A stretch of 63,982 nt of DNA, filler included, from Stramenopiles sp. TOSAG23-3 (GCA_900128585.1; 4 parts of 4 records of this genome joined end to end with filler, not necessarily neighbours in it); one strand, 5' to 3'. Shown: positions 19,181 through 31,980, counted from the whole stretch's first letter. The notes: generated from the letters alone by a model not told the origin. A program made the numbers and translations.

Positions 19181-22100
19181 ATGTCTATGGCCCAGGATAA
19201 TGGTGCCTCGGTCACCGGAGGAAGCAGCGGGGGTTCTGTTCTTCAATACTTCGATCCACGTTACTGGGGGGCAGCTGTGAGAGACTCAATCATCGAGACT
19301 CTGTTAAATTATTTGTTCGGTGAGTACTTGAAAGAGATCAATCGAGAGTCGTTCAAACTTAGTTTTCTAGGTGGCGAAGTGACCGTATATGGCTTGGAGT
19401 TGAAACGTGGAGCCCTGGATTTTCTCAAAATCCCGATTGCAGTAGAGGAAGGAATTCTAGGGTGTCTGGAGATCGTTATTCCGTGGGACAAGCTGTCTAC
19501 GAAGCCTGTTGTCGTGACTATCAGTGATTTATGGTTGGTTGCAAAGCCATTGTCATCGTTTGATTTTACCGAAGAAACGGAGGAAGACGTCGCTAGGAAG
19601 TCGACAGAGAAAAAGAAAGCGATCAAGGCTTTGCAAGAACGGTGGGAGCAGCAACAGGCAAAACGATGGGGTGGAGTGTCGATCGGAAAAACCCCTACCA
19701 TGATAGAGAAAATTATACACACCATTTTGCAATTGATAGAAGTTCGTATCAACCATGTACATATATTATTCGAAGATGTTACGACCGACGAAAAGTACCC
19801 ATACACTCTGGGGGTGGCTGTTGACAGTATTCACTATCGGGCGAACAACAGTGAGAACGGTGGCAGTAATACCAGAGACGAAGCTGAAGACGAACACAAC
19901 ACTACTAAAATCAAACAGAACAATAATTCGAAACTTATTGACATCAGAGGCTTTCGAGCGTACCTAAATTCCTGCAAAGTATCAGAATTGAAGACTTTCA
20001 AGATAGACAAGCAAAAACTAGCGGAACTTGGGGTACGAGGGCCCTTCCAGGCGCAAGGAAGGGCGCACTCCCAGTCCTTTTCCGATGTAGAGGGTTTCCA
20101 AAATCATCATTTTGACAATAAAAAAGAGCAGCGGCCCTCTTTTGAAAAGGAATTTAGTGGTTGGCTGGGTGAGACGTTTGCCGCCATATTTTCAATGCTC
20201 CGAAAACCTCCGATAAATACGGGTGAAATGGGAATTAACAGTGAAACGGATAACGCCCGTTACCCGTTTGGCGCAGTGGGCCAACCACACCTCTCGCGCC
20301 CCGACTCATTCAGTGGCATACTTCGTCCAAAACCGGGCGATAGTTTTCAAAGGTGGAGCATGGTGAAAGAATCCAGTCTAGACATTATAGTCCAGCCAAT
20401 TAATTGCCAACTGCGCTTCGGCATTAACAAAGACGATATTACTCGCTCGGATGACGACCCTAAAAAGTCATTGGAAGTTGTATTCGGTAAAATAATGATA
20501 GAACTAAGAGAATCTCAGTTTGGTCACATGCGTTCTTTTGTACTGTTTTTAAATCGGTACGATAGATATGATAAGTACAGGAGATTGGCTGGATGGCGAC
20601 CAAAACAAAGCATACACATAGCCCACACAATAAGGTCTGTTTTTTTCAGAAAAAACTATAAAATAATGCGACATTGGTACCACAGAGGGGGGGGATCTCA
20701 GGAAAAAGCAAAGGAATACAAGAAACTCTACGGCCATTTTCCCCCATCGTGGCAGCGCTTGAAGGCATGGCACTGTCGCAAATGGGTGGTTGCTTTATTT
20801 TTAGCCAGTGGCGCTGGAAGAGGCCTCCATGACGATTCGTCCACTTGTTTTCGTGAATGGTGGCAATATGCCATTGACGCTGTTGTTATGGGGTTGAGGG
20901 AAAGCAAAAAACGTGCAAAGTGGATGTACATACAGGAGTACATATTGCGCAGATCAAGGTATATAACCTTATATAAACGGTCAAGAATTGGTGGTAAAAT
21001 GTGGGTTGTTGCTCCACATGTACAGCGGGAACTAGAGACAGCGCTGGGATCATGGGATAATGTTCGACTAAACGATCCAAGACTAGCCCTGGCTGCCCGC
21101 ATACAGATCCAGATCAGCCATGGCGCTCCGCTCGGGAGCCATGAAATTATGCAAATGGATTCTATAGAAGAGCTGTGCGAGATTCCTGACGTAATGCTTT
21201 TTCGGCGTATTGCAGAAGCCCAATTGGAGTTGGAGTACTATAGAGTTACAAGAAATAAGAAAGAAACACCGCGCACCCGGACGCACACTTCCCTTTCTTT
21301 CCAGAGCGATTTGGCCCACCACAACATTCACCACCGTGATCTTGAAGGGGAAGAAGCAACGAGCAAGTTAAGCTTGGAAGAAAAGTTGGAACTTTACTCG
21401 TACATTAGCTACAACCCAAAGGCGGAAAAACTGCGGGTTTTGCCGAGCGATTATATCATGCAACAACTACATGTAATCATAAAGCAAACACAATTTACTT
21501 TCGTCACAAAAAATGGATCAAAAGAGGATCTTGTTGCAAGTACTACGTGCTTGCACATACTGAGAAAGCCTGAAGTGGACAAAATAGAATTTAGTATAGG
21601 AGATTTTTCTATAATTGACCACTCCGTAGTCGATAATATTGAGGCTGGTGCAGCAACATATGATAATAGCACACGGAAGCAAACCAAAGCAGTAAAACGA
21701 CGGCACGCTGCGCCTGCTCAGCTCCTAAACATTTTAAAAGGAGAACTCCGATCAAAACTAGGGAGGGGAAGACAATGGCATCCGCCGCTGCGGCAGATTT
21801 TGCGCAGTCAACGCCGGTTTCAGTACTTCAAAATGTACTTGGGCAAACGGCAAAGGGATCAAAATTTGTTGTTTTTTATTGAGGCGGAGCATTACGAGAC
21901 GATGCAGCAGCTTTTACCGCACTACCCACTTTCGCAAAGCGGGTATGACCGACCGCGTCTGGCTAAGGAAATTTACTCCCGATTCATATCGAAGAAAGCC
22001 GGTGCAATGTTAATCAGCTGGGGAGCATCACTCGAAAATGAAAAACAGCCCGAAAAGCTTGTGATTGAGCAGGCACGTTTACACAAAGCTGTAAAAAGGC

Positions 22101-25100
22101 TACACAAAGTTTCTGAGGGGGAGCAACAGGGAATTTTTAAGTCTTTGAAAACTGCAATATGGTCCGAGTTGTTGGTGGATTTTAGAAAATTTATGTCAAA
22201 CGAGTGGAATTTCCGTTTTCACCATTTCAAAACATGGTGCACCAAACAAAATCTTAACAGTGGGGTGAAAGAGTCTATATTTTTTGTTTTTGAACATCGC
22301 GCAGAATCGGCATTGTCTGTGGCTCAGTCCAACTATGCCCTTCAGAGTGAAAGGGGTGTTGGGAATTACAGGGATGCCCGCAAACGCACTTTTTGCTCCG
22401 CGAATGCAGCTCGATATCATGCTCCACAAGAAATTGCATCAACGCACCCGATGATGGGTGCTAGTTCAATCATATTGGATATTTCGAATCTTATTGCCTC
22501 TGTGTCTACTTCAGCCATGATCGATTGCTTATCATTGCCTGATGGCATGGATTTAGAGGGGGATAATGATACCCAAAACAACGATACCAAGATAAGCCGA
22601 GCTCCGGCAATTCTCAGCGTTTACGCGAACGTGGGTGAAGTAGAAATAAATGTCACAACTGAAATGGTAATGCGATTAGGATCTTTCTTTTTGATGTATG
22701 AAAAGAAACTACAATTGGTGGTTGAGCGCACTTCTACAGATGTCTCGAAAGAAAATATACACGCACGCCGAGAGAAAACGAGAGCATGGAAAGCATTTGA
22801 TGAATCGAAGGTTGAACTGTTGCTGCAAAAGCCCAACGCGCTGGTAGTTGAAATTAACAGCGGGGGCTTCCAAGTTCGTCTGCCCGTAGAAAGGAAAGTT
22901 GGTGAGAAGAGTATAGTGTTATACGCCGTGCTTTTGAACTGCGGTGCACTGGAATTATCAACGTCCAACTCAAAAGCTGCGAGTGAAGTGCCTGGGCTTA
23001 TCGAGTCCAGCAAAGCTGGAAATTCGTTGTACGACATGTATGATTTAAATCTTCCTCGCATGAGTTTAGAACTTGTCCATTTTGCTAATAATGTGGAGTC
23101 AAAAGATGCTTTTACAAATAGTGCATTGAAAACTGGGAGCGTTCGTCGCACACAATGGCATGAAACGCTAATATCTGTCGAGCGGACAAGGTTACGGTCG
23201 TATCAATCAAGAATCCCAGAGCACCCAGAGTGGCCAAAAACTGCTGTTTCAGTAGTTGTTCCAAAAATTTGGTCTTCGTTTTCAGATCGTGGGGTAGAAG
23301 ACTTTATTATGTGGTTCGCGTATTGGAATGCCTCCTGGGTGAGTTTACAACAGGGATATATAACGTCTCAGTTAAATATCCCTCACAATTCTACTGTGTA
23401 TGATAATTCTAGCGATGGGACATTTCAAATTGACCCGGCAAAAAACGCAGCACACAACACAACGAGTGGCGCTTCATTCAAGTCAAACGAGGAGCACGAT
23501 ATTAGCCAGAAAATGTCTAGTTCTTTCTATGATTTTAAAGCGAAGCGGCACGACCTGCTAAGCCAAATTGAGAATGAAAATGACACCGCAGAGAAAAACA
23601 ATTTGCGCAGATTGTTATCGAAGTTAAACATAAAGGAGCAAGATCATGAAATTGCCCATGAAAGAGCTTTGACTGCACTAGAGCGCAGAGAAGAACTGAT
23701 ATTTGACCTGAGATGCGATTCTATTTGTGTTGGTATTGTCATCCGTACCAAAAAAATGAACTTGTTTACTGCAGAAACAAATTCAGAAAAAGCAGAGGAT
23801 GACAGCCATGTGGATTTAGAACTCGATATCCAAAATATATGCTTGCGACAAACAAAATGGACAGTACGACATTCTATCCACTTTGGTTTGCAAAGTTTGG
23901 TTGTTTCTGATTTTTTATCAATGGACGTAAATGATAAAGCATCCCCATCCGTCCTTTACCTCGTTCGGCTGATTCATACCTTGGCATCGCATAATCCCAA
24001 ATGGAAAGGCGGCACAACGCCACCCAGCGATAAAATTGGGCTTGGAATAGACATGATAGAGATAAAAGAATTATCGGAGCAATACAAAGGCGAAGATAAG
24101 TTAATAACAGCAACCATTCCTGCGTTCCATATTATTGTACCGCTGAAAACAGTTGAGGCATTGGTTAGCATATACAACTCTGTCGACAAAGCGTTGAAAA
24201 CGAGTGCTAAAACTTTTATGCGGGAAATGGCAGCGATTAGAAAGAAACACTTGCAAGCAAAAACCGCCACAGAATTCTCGAAAGGGAAGCAAGTTTCGCC
24301 ACCTTGGCAACACGACGCGGAGACGGTAGTGAGTGCAACAGAACAGCTGGGTGGTACCGCGAAAGATGAAGTCGGTAGCCCACTGCCACAGCCGGCAAAA
24401 ATACATGCTGCGCAAGAACGTATCGCTATACGCATACATGTCGTTATAGAAGAAGTTACCATTGAATTTACTTACGATTTAAAGGAGCCCCTTTTTATGG
24501 TTACTCACAAATATATTGATGTGTTACAAATAAAGTACGTTTCGGACGAACGTGAATCAAAGATTCATAACCTTGACGTTTCTATGAATTCGTTTTCCAA
24601 GATCGCGAACATGCACGAAGATGAAGTGAATGCCGAGGAATCTAATAATTCGACTGCAAACGTGGGAGAAGCAAGAGAGCAGTCCAACATTGAAGAGGGT
24701 GATGGATACACCTCTCTTAAAGCCACTCTCAGTGGCCCCATAGCCCAAAACATCACTGTTTACATAAAAAATATATTAGCGAAAGGAAACTGTTTCATCG
24801 ATGAAAATGGCCCAATGTACGGTGTATACACTTATCCCCAATTTAGGCTAGAGGGACTCCAAGTGAAACTCTTATCGTGCTCAAAGAAATTGGGCGTTTG
24901 GAACCAATCGGTTCAAGTAATTCATGCACAAGTCGTGAAAGTATTGTGCGAGGTTTCCAGAAGATTTTCGGCCCGAAACTCTTCATCTGAAACATTGCAT
25001 GATTCAATTGTAAGAACATTTTTGGACATTGACTATATATCTTTGACTGTTGAAAAACAGGTGATGTATGATAAATCTGGTCATGCTGACGGAGTCCATG

Positions 25101-27282
25101 ATGTTCCTATATCTATTTGCAACAAGATTTCTGCCCATTCTCGTTCTATAAAGAGTGAATTAGACCCTCTTTCAGTTGCAGGAGTAGCATCGTATGGCCG
25201 CGTGATTCAGCGCGTGGTTGAGGGACTAAAAGTCAAGCATAATCGCGCCAAGGACAGCAAGTATCAAAACCAAAATAGCGAGTATCACCAATTGGATGTT
25301 TTCATCGACAACGTCGTTGATGTGGTGGACCCAAGTATAGATTACGAAGATTCGGATGATAATGAAATAAAAGGCGCTCTTGAAGACAAAAAGGAGGAGA
25401 CCTTTGAAGCAAATAGTGTGCCACACGAGGTGTTACTAGATGCAAATATTGAGCACGTCAATATTTTGCTGCTTGTACCCTCTAATTCGTTTAACTCTCC
25501 ATCGAGCAAAAGTGAAAAAAAACGGCTAAATAGAGCCGTGAATTCTTCGACAGTATCTAAAAGGGACATCGAGTCAACCGTAGTGTCCCTTTCAGACGTT
25601 ACCGCCAAAGTTGACTTACTGCCCCCTGATCTAGCAAAAGAAAAAAATTGTGCTTGCGTTCTGAATGTAAGTGCAATGGGCCTCCAGCTTTTAGACGAGT
25701 CGAAGGCTGGGAAATTGCACAGTCATATAATCGATGAAATTAAACACAAACAAAACGATCCATTAATAACGATTAAAGTAGATCTGCCGTTCCACAAAGG
25801 AACACCAATGCATACTTTTGTGGAAGTCAACAACATAAATTTTGTCAATTTAAATCGATTTATGACGGAGCTAATGGCTTTTGCGGTAAGTGTTAATCAC
25901 GCTTTGCACATCATTGTAACGTTTGCTAACTTTTCCCACTTCCTTCTTAGCCCTGGCTGAAAGCGGCCATGGATGTACCTTTGCACGAGGATTTTCTCGA
26001 AGGACCCCCCCCACCCCCCCATCATTCGAATTTTTCTTATTTGCAAGTGAAAGGTGTTGATATGAGAATTGTGATGCCAAAGCGTTCGGATACCGAGGAA
26101 GCATTGGTAATTTTTGTAGGCAAATTGTCGGTAGAAAATGAACGTATGGACGATGGTATACATGGCCGCAACAATGTGGAATATGTTAGATATTTCGTGC
26201 ACTTGGAGGATGTAGAAATATCGTATCGTGGATTAGAACGTTTGCTTGCCAATCGTGCTGCTGCGGGATATGCAAAAAGGAGCTCTGAAATTCGATCTAC
26301 AGAAACCAATGCAGTGGTCCTTGGGGCCGAAGACGGGCTTATCGCGCTTGTCGATGCGGAAGAATTGCAAATACAATTTGATGATTTGATTACAAAGTAT
26401 GATCGACCTCGAGCAGAAGTCGTAATGGGTGTTCTCATCAAGGGCCAGAATATTACAGCATCGTTGCCAGAAAAAGCCCAGAAGGCCATGGATAGCATTC
26501 TTCAAGCAAATGCTAATGAGATTAGTAAGCTGATCAAATTGTTCAAATTTAACCCGCCTCCAAAATCTAATATGAACATTCGATTTGGGGCACCGTTCGT
26601 AGAAGTCCAAGCCCACCAGGTACACGATCCATGCCCTGTGTACTACGACCAAGGCCACAATTTAGTCTATGGCATAGAGAGCGACCGCAACAACAAAAAT
26701 GAGGCGACTGCTGAAGGAAGAAGAGTCAATAGAGGATTTACTAATTTCGAATTGCGGCAAAATCTGGAATTTACCCAGAAGACGATTGCAAGTTCGCTGT
26801 CTACTTTGACGCGTATGTCAAAAATGTCCAACCGAATAGAAGAGATGGGCACCAAATTGCAAATTGATGCAGGGAAGTTCGAAAAACTCACTGCACCAGA
26901 TTTTCGATACTCCCAAGGCACAGATTCCACATACGATATTATTGAGGAAGAGATTTTTGACTTGCACTCAGCGATGGCCACAATTCGTAAACTGAGACTT
27001 GAAAAAGCTGAAATTTCTCGGAAAGCAGAAGAAGACAAATACAAACAATACAAACACATGCAAACGCAAGCAATGCTGGGAAACCACCTTCGGGAGGTGT
27101 CCTCAAAACTTTCAGGAACAGTTCGCTCTGCCACGAACCAACTATCGAAGGTCCAGGAGTTGTTGGAAAATAACGTTATACGGGGACTGGGTGTAATGGG
27201 AAGCGAGAGTGATGATGATATGGCTAGCATGGCAGGGAGTACTGCTGGAGATCATTTACAATCATGGAAAGAAATGTTTTAA
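19181..27282 (+). CDS. VPS13/chorein-N bridge-like lipid transfer protein with an internal RGS domain; two exons (19181-25885, 25951-27282), about 2678 aa
   Basis: Chorein-N motif (LLNYLFGEYLKEINRESFKLSFLGGEV..LELK..IPWDKLSTKPVVVTISDLWLV), VPS13-like RP..WWQYAIDAV..RSRYITLYK, and an RGS motif. The intron joins ...MAFA|PWLKAAMDVP in frame. Confidence 0.85.
25886..25950 (+). other. 65-nt GT-AG spliceosomal intron (phase 0)
   Basis: 5' GTAAGT, branch TGCTAAC, pyrimidine tract TTTTCCCACTTCCTTCTTAG. Removal fuses ORFs 19175..25960 and 25969..27282 in frame. Confidence 0.92.
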
Positions 27283-27877
27283 AACCATTTGTATTATGAC
27301 TAATTCACAATGCCATGCTAAAAAAATACAGTAAAATTTACAAAAAATCTTATTTTTAAAGCATTTTTTTCTGTAAGCGGTGAAACATTTATTTCACTCT
27401 ACAAGATCTTAAAAGACATCGAATTAGTCCAAGATGATGGTTTCTTTTCAAATAGCAAAAGAATCAAACAAATTTATTTATTAATATATTTTACTATGTA
27501 TAATTCTTCCTACCAAGTATTTTACGGGGGAGTAGAAGGTAGAAGTAGACGCCGTGATTTATTAGCCCTAACCCTACCACTAACTATTCATGATTGGAAT
27601 AATAGGAGTTACACAATTATAATTATTACGACAATATACCCTAACCTTAACCATAACTAAATATAGATGCTATGTATGGGTGGTTGGCAAGAAGAAGTTG
27701 GAATAAAATTATTTTTCCTAGATTTCTTCCGGTGAGTACTGTGTACTGTACCGGTGAGTACTGGAGTACTGGTATTAATAGTCCTATTACAATATAAATA
27801 CAAACCTGCACACCGAACGCATCACGCGAACTGCCGCAATCATAATATAATTAATAAATTAAACTATTAATATTATT

Positions 27878-27950
27878 CTCTCTTCTCCTTTCTCCTTTCT
27901 CCTTCTCGATTCTTTTTCTTCTTTCTTTTCTTCCTTCTTATTCTTCTTTT

Positions 27951-27983
<33 letters not shown>

Positions 27984-27992
27984 ATTCTTCCT
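27878..27992. repeat. (TTC)n-rich pyrimidine microsatellite
   Basis: Directly visible in the intergenic region. Confidence 0.85.
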
Positions 27993-28347
27993 TATTATTA
28001 TTTTTTTTTGTTGTTAAATAATTATTATTTTTTTTTATTATTGTATTATTATTATAATATATTATATGTTGCTATTTATGCGCGGAAAACTATGTTTTTC
28101 CTCTCCCGGGATAAAAATGCCGCGCAGAACATGAGAGAACGCGAAGATATTTGTATTGAAGGCCATAAGCAAACAAGAGTAGAAGCAGAGGGTGAAGCTA
28201 CGTTCTTTCTATTTTGGTAAGACGTTGAAGTGCAACGCGGACATACGAGTGTGCCTGAGCGAACACTACAGTATTTTCTTTGTTGGGGGTGGTTAACATC
28301 AGAGCCAAACAGCAATCGCACCACGGTATACGCTGGTGCTGGGTGGG

Positions 28348-31300
28348 ATGAAAAACGCTGAGGATGATTTTTATACAGTGTTGGGCCTGCCTCATAGAGG
28401 ACAGGGGGTTACAATGGATGATATAAAGAAAGCTTACCGAAAAATGGCGCTAAAATGGCACCCAGACAAACACGCGAAAAGTTCCTCAAGTATTCAGAAA
28501 GAGGCAGAAGGTGTTTTTAAAAGCGTATCGGAAGCTTTCGAAGTCCTGAAAGATGAAGGTTCCAGAAAGAAATACGACTTGGGGGAAACACCTCTATTTG
28601 AAGGGGATTATTTCGACGATGGTAGCTTTGAGTTCGAGTTGTTTAAAAGGTTTATGCGGGAAGAAGTTATGTTTCACGCTAGTCGCGGTTTTAGCGGCTT
28701 TAATTTGTATTCGTCCGGTGACGACGATGAACAATATAGTGACGATGAATACTATTACTACGATGAGGGCGAGGACTGCTGGGTCGATGAGCGAGAGGGC
28801 TTAAGTGTAGAACAGATTCGCTATGAGGAAAATAAAAGAAAATACGAAGAGAAGCGCGCGAAACGTGACCAAGAACAGGGGAACAAAGAGTTTCGGGGCC
28901 CGAGTGGGAAAACTTTTACGGAGATGACAGATTCAGAAATTGATGCATTTTGGGACAACGAAGCCGCCCAAGACGAAGCGGCGAGGAAAAAAGAGAATGG
29001 TAAAAACGGCAAGGGTAAGCGCAGTGCAAAAAGAAAAAAACAAAAAGCCGCATTGGCCAAGAAAGAAGCAAGGTTAAAAAAGGAGCAGCGACGGCAGGAT
29101 GCGGCGCAGCGGAATGAACAACTGAAAAAACAGCACAAGGCTGCAAATCGAGTGATTCCAGGACATGTCTCCAGTGAATCCGATGAAGAAGACAAGCCAG
29201 GGATGGCCCCGCTATTAGACATTGAAAACCAAAGTAGTGGAAAGCAGAAGGGCAATGCAAACCATGCCAAGGGCGGGAATGGGGGCAATGGTAAAGGCAA
29301 ACAAGGAATAAACCTCAATAAAGGCAAGAACAATAGTTTAAACGAGCAGAAGAACGCGTTACAAATTGATCGCCAAAAGGTTCAACAACTTGTAGCAATG
29401 GGTTTTACAAACAAAGACAACAACGCGACGGCATTGTTTCACACAAAAAATGACATAGAGGCTGCCTTAGAGTATTTGCTTCTCCACTCTTCTGCAAAGG
29501 CAGATGAACCAACAATTTCAGTGGCGGCGAAATCCTATGATAAAAGCGCAAATGTTGATGATGGGTTCGAAACAGTCTCCAGGCGTGGTAACAATAACGA
29601 ACGAGCAAAGTCAAACTCTCCGGTGAGACGTAAACAACATGTTGATCTCGACCAAGGTAATAAGCGCACCCCGGATCGAACTGGCCACCATAGTAAATGC
29701 TCAACACGAGAGGTACTTCCCATAGGAGAAGAGCCTGAAGTTATCCCTGACAATTATAAAACCAAGTTGTGCACAAATATAGCACAGAGAGGCTTCTGTC
29801 GATACGGAGACTCTTGCCATTTTGCTCATAGCACAAAAGACTTACGTGCATTTGCGAATGGGCAATCTCCGCGAGCATTAGAAGATGCTTTGGTTGCCAA
29901 AGACAATGGCAATGCCGTAACCCGTAGCATGCGCCAGCAACAGCAGTTTGATGGTAACTGCAACACTGATAGCGAACAGCGCATAAATGGTAATGCCCCA
30001 GATGCCGCACCAGTACCGGTACTTGCCAGTAAGTCATTGTCTTCGGCATACCCAGCCCTAGATTCCACATTCTCTGAAGTCCGAAACCCGAATGATTTGT
30101 CCCAAGGGAATGATATGAACGGGTATGCGAGCACTCCAGATGTGCAAAGGGGCAGTACCGGCATGGTTGAAAGAATCGCTAGCAATAATGACCCCTCCCG
30201 TCGTCGGCAAGCGCCCCCTCCGCCGGGATTTCATGATGAAGCTGGAAACCATAGTAATGCCGAGGTAGAAAAAGGGTTCCATAGAAAAGTAAATAAAGAC
30301 ACCAATGCCACAAGCAAAGACACGCCTTGGGCAAGCTTTTCTGATAACTTACGAGCAATGGCAAGTGGATTCGGTAATACCAACACAGGAGGAAGTTCAG
30401 TGCTGAAAAGAAATAATACTGGCCCCGATGCTTCCCCTTACCAATCGTCCCCGTTCCTCTACGACATGCCGGACACCTCATCAGCTCTCTTCACGCCACC
30501 GCCAGCAGGAGTGAACCGTAGAGTTCCTGATGAAGACGACAAAGTGTTAAATCTCTCTCCCAAAACGTCAACTCTACCAACTCTACCCCATGGTTCAAGT
30601 TCTTTGTTTTCAGGTGGAAGTGAGACAAATATGGATTACAATGTTCCAGAAGGGAATATATTTGAAGGGGATTATGGTTTTGGCAGTACAGATGATGTTT
30701 CTTTCAGTGAAGAAACCGGATATTCAAATCCGTTGCCAGTAGAAGACGAACAGCCACAAGTCCCCTTCATCGGGTCGCATATTAGTTTGCTGTCAATAAT
30801 GGACGTTAGGTATGAAGGAACATTGGCTTCTGTGGATATGACAGATGGGACAATACAGCTAAGCGATGTTTGTTGCTTTGGTTCTGAAGATCGTAATACT
30901 AGTGGTCCCCCTATTCCAGGGTCTGAGGAAATCTTCTCAATGTTGACTTTTCATAGCCAAGATATCAAGAACCTGGAAGTTGTAAAAATCAGTGAGAGTA
31001 GTTTCAATAATCAGTTTCTCCAAAATTCCTCCCATGGTGTCGGAAAAACTGTGGAGGGGCAGGAAAATGCAGCATTATCTCCCGGATCAGACAAATCCAA
31101 TTTACTAGAGGAGAAATCCAGCAAGCGTGATCGCCGCAAATCCATCGACAACGATAATATGGACACCCTCACGATGAATAATAGCAAAGGGTGGAATATG
31201 GATGAGAACACTTCGGTATCCGCTTTTGTTTTTGTGTGCAACAACCGGACGGAACAAGAGTGCTTGCAGTCTGGCATATTTGCGAACACTCGCAATTCAT

Positions 31301-31749
31301 TCAAAATGACCAAGGATAATATCGGCCCCGGAACGATAATTTTTCTCATTAATTTTGAGTCAAAGATTATAAGAGGTATCTTTCAGGCACTTTGCCGGCC
31401 AGCTCTTCGCATAAACCAACGAGTGTCTTTTGGGAGTCGTTTTCCGGTTCAAGTTCGCGTTGCACCGGTAGGAAAAACGTGCTCTGCAGCTTTGCCTCCT
31501 GGCACTCACCGTTTTGGCCCAATTGGGCCAAAACGGTCGCAACTATATCTAGATATCTTGCAAGCAAATTATGGAGCCTTGAAAGGCCAGCTCTTGGATA
31601 AATTTGATGACGGAGAAGAAAGCATTTCTTCAAACAATGGAGTTGTTAACAGCGGGTGTGCCCATTGCTTGCAGTCAAAATACCCTCGTGTTCGAGATGT
31701 TGTGTCGAGGACTCACGCAACACAAAACTGCAGAAGAGCAAAGAGATGA
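28348..31749 (+). CDS. Multidomain protein: DnaJ - coiled coil - UBA - CCCH finger - LSM14(N) - DCD - C-terminal CxxC..H..C
   Basis: J domain (FYTVLGL..IKKAYRKMALKWHPDKH); UBA (KVQQLVAMGF..AL..TKNDIEAALEYLL); CCCH (YKTKLC..CRYGDSCHFAH); LSM14 (FIGSHISLLS..VRYEGTL..FGSEDR..DIKNLEV); DCD (FVCNNRTEQEC..GTIIFLINF..IRGIF..SRFPVQVRV). Confidence 0.88.
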   Translation: MKNAEDDFYTVLGLPHRGQGVTMDDIKKAYRKMALKWHPDKHAKSSSSIQKEAEGVFKSVSEAFEVLKDEGSRKKYDLGETPLFEGDYFDDGSFEFELFKRFMREEVMFHASRGFSGFNLYSSGDDDEQYSDDEYYYYDEGEDCWVDEREGLSVEQIRYEENKRKYEEKRAKRDQEQGNKEFRGPSGKTFTEMTDSEIDAFWDNEAAQDEAARKKENGKNGKGKRSAKRKKQKAALAKKEARLKKEQRRQDAAQRNEQLKKQHKAANRVIPGHVSSESDEEDKPGMAPLLDIENQSSGKQKGNANHAKGGNGGNGKGKQGINLNKGKNNSLNEQKNALQIDRQKVQQLVAMGFTNKDNNATALFHTKNDIEAALEYLLLHSSAKADEPTISVAAKSYDKSANVDDGFETVSRRGNNNERAKSNSPVRRKQHVDLDQGNKRTPDRTGHHSKCSTREVLPIGEEPEVIPDNYKTKLCTNIAQRGFCRYGDSCHFAHSTKDLRAFANGQSPRALEDALVAKDNGNAVTRSMRQQQQFDGNCNTDSEQRINGNAPDAAPVPVLASKSLSSAYPALDSTFSEVRNPNDLSQGNDMNGYASTPDVQRGSTGMVERIASNNDPSRRRQAPPPPGFHDEAGNHSNAEVEKGFHRKVNKDTNATSKDTPWASFSDNLRAMASGFGNTNTGGSSVLKRNNTGPDASPYQSSPFLYDMPDTSSALFTPPPAGVNRRVPDEDDKVLNLSPKTSTLPTLPHGSSSLFSGGSETNMDYNVPEGNIFEGDYGFGSTDDVSFSEETGYSNPLPVEDEQPQVPFIGSHISLLSIMDVRYEGTLASVDMTDGTIQLSDVCCFGSEDRNTSGPPIPGSEEIFSMLTFHSQDIKNLEVVKISESSFNNQFLQNSSHGVGKTVEGQENAALSPGSDKSNLLEEKSSKRDRRKSIDNDNMDTLTMNNSKGWNMDENTSVSAFVFVCNNRTEQECLQSGIFANTRNSFKMTKDNIGPGTIIFLINFESKIIRGIFQALCRPALRINQRVSFGSRFPVQVRVAPVGKTCSAALPPGTHRFGPIGPKRSQLYLDILQANYGALKGQLLDKFDDGEESISSNNGVVNSGCAHCLQSKYPRVRDVVSRTHATQNCRRAKR

Positions 31750-31850
31750 GAATTGACTCGTACGAATTACACAAAAATCCAGCAAAAACATATGGTTTTA
31801 AGACTTAGACTTTATTCAAGTTTAACCCCAACTTACAAATTTTAACTTTT

Positions 31851-31980
31851 AAAAATTGGCTGTTATAACAGCCAATTTTTTTGTTTTTATTTAATGATAG
31901 CTAATAAATATCATCTTGAATTGTTAAACCTTGAATATGTCTAAATCTAGAGTTCAGTTCGCAGTACATTAATTTTAATT
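31851..31980. repeat. Dispersed modular repeat, copy 2, including a perfect 30-bp palindrome
   Basis: AAAAATTGGCTGTTA|TAACAGCCAATTTTT at 31851-31880. ATGTCTAAATCTAGAGTTCAGTTCGCAGTACATTAATTTTAATT at about 31938-31980 matches module B. Confidence 0.85.

Noticed and set aside
25951-25970. Stop-codon readthrough or programmed frameshift in the VPS13-like gene
   Set aside because: Fully explained by the canonical 65-nt intron at 25886-25950.
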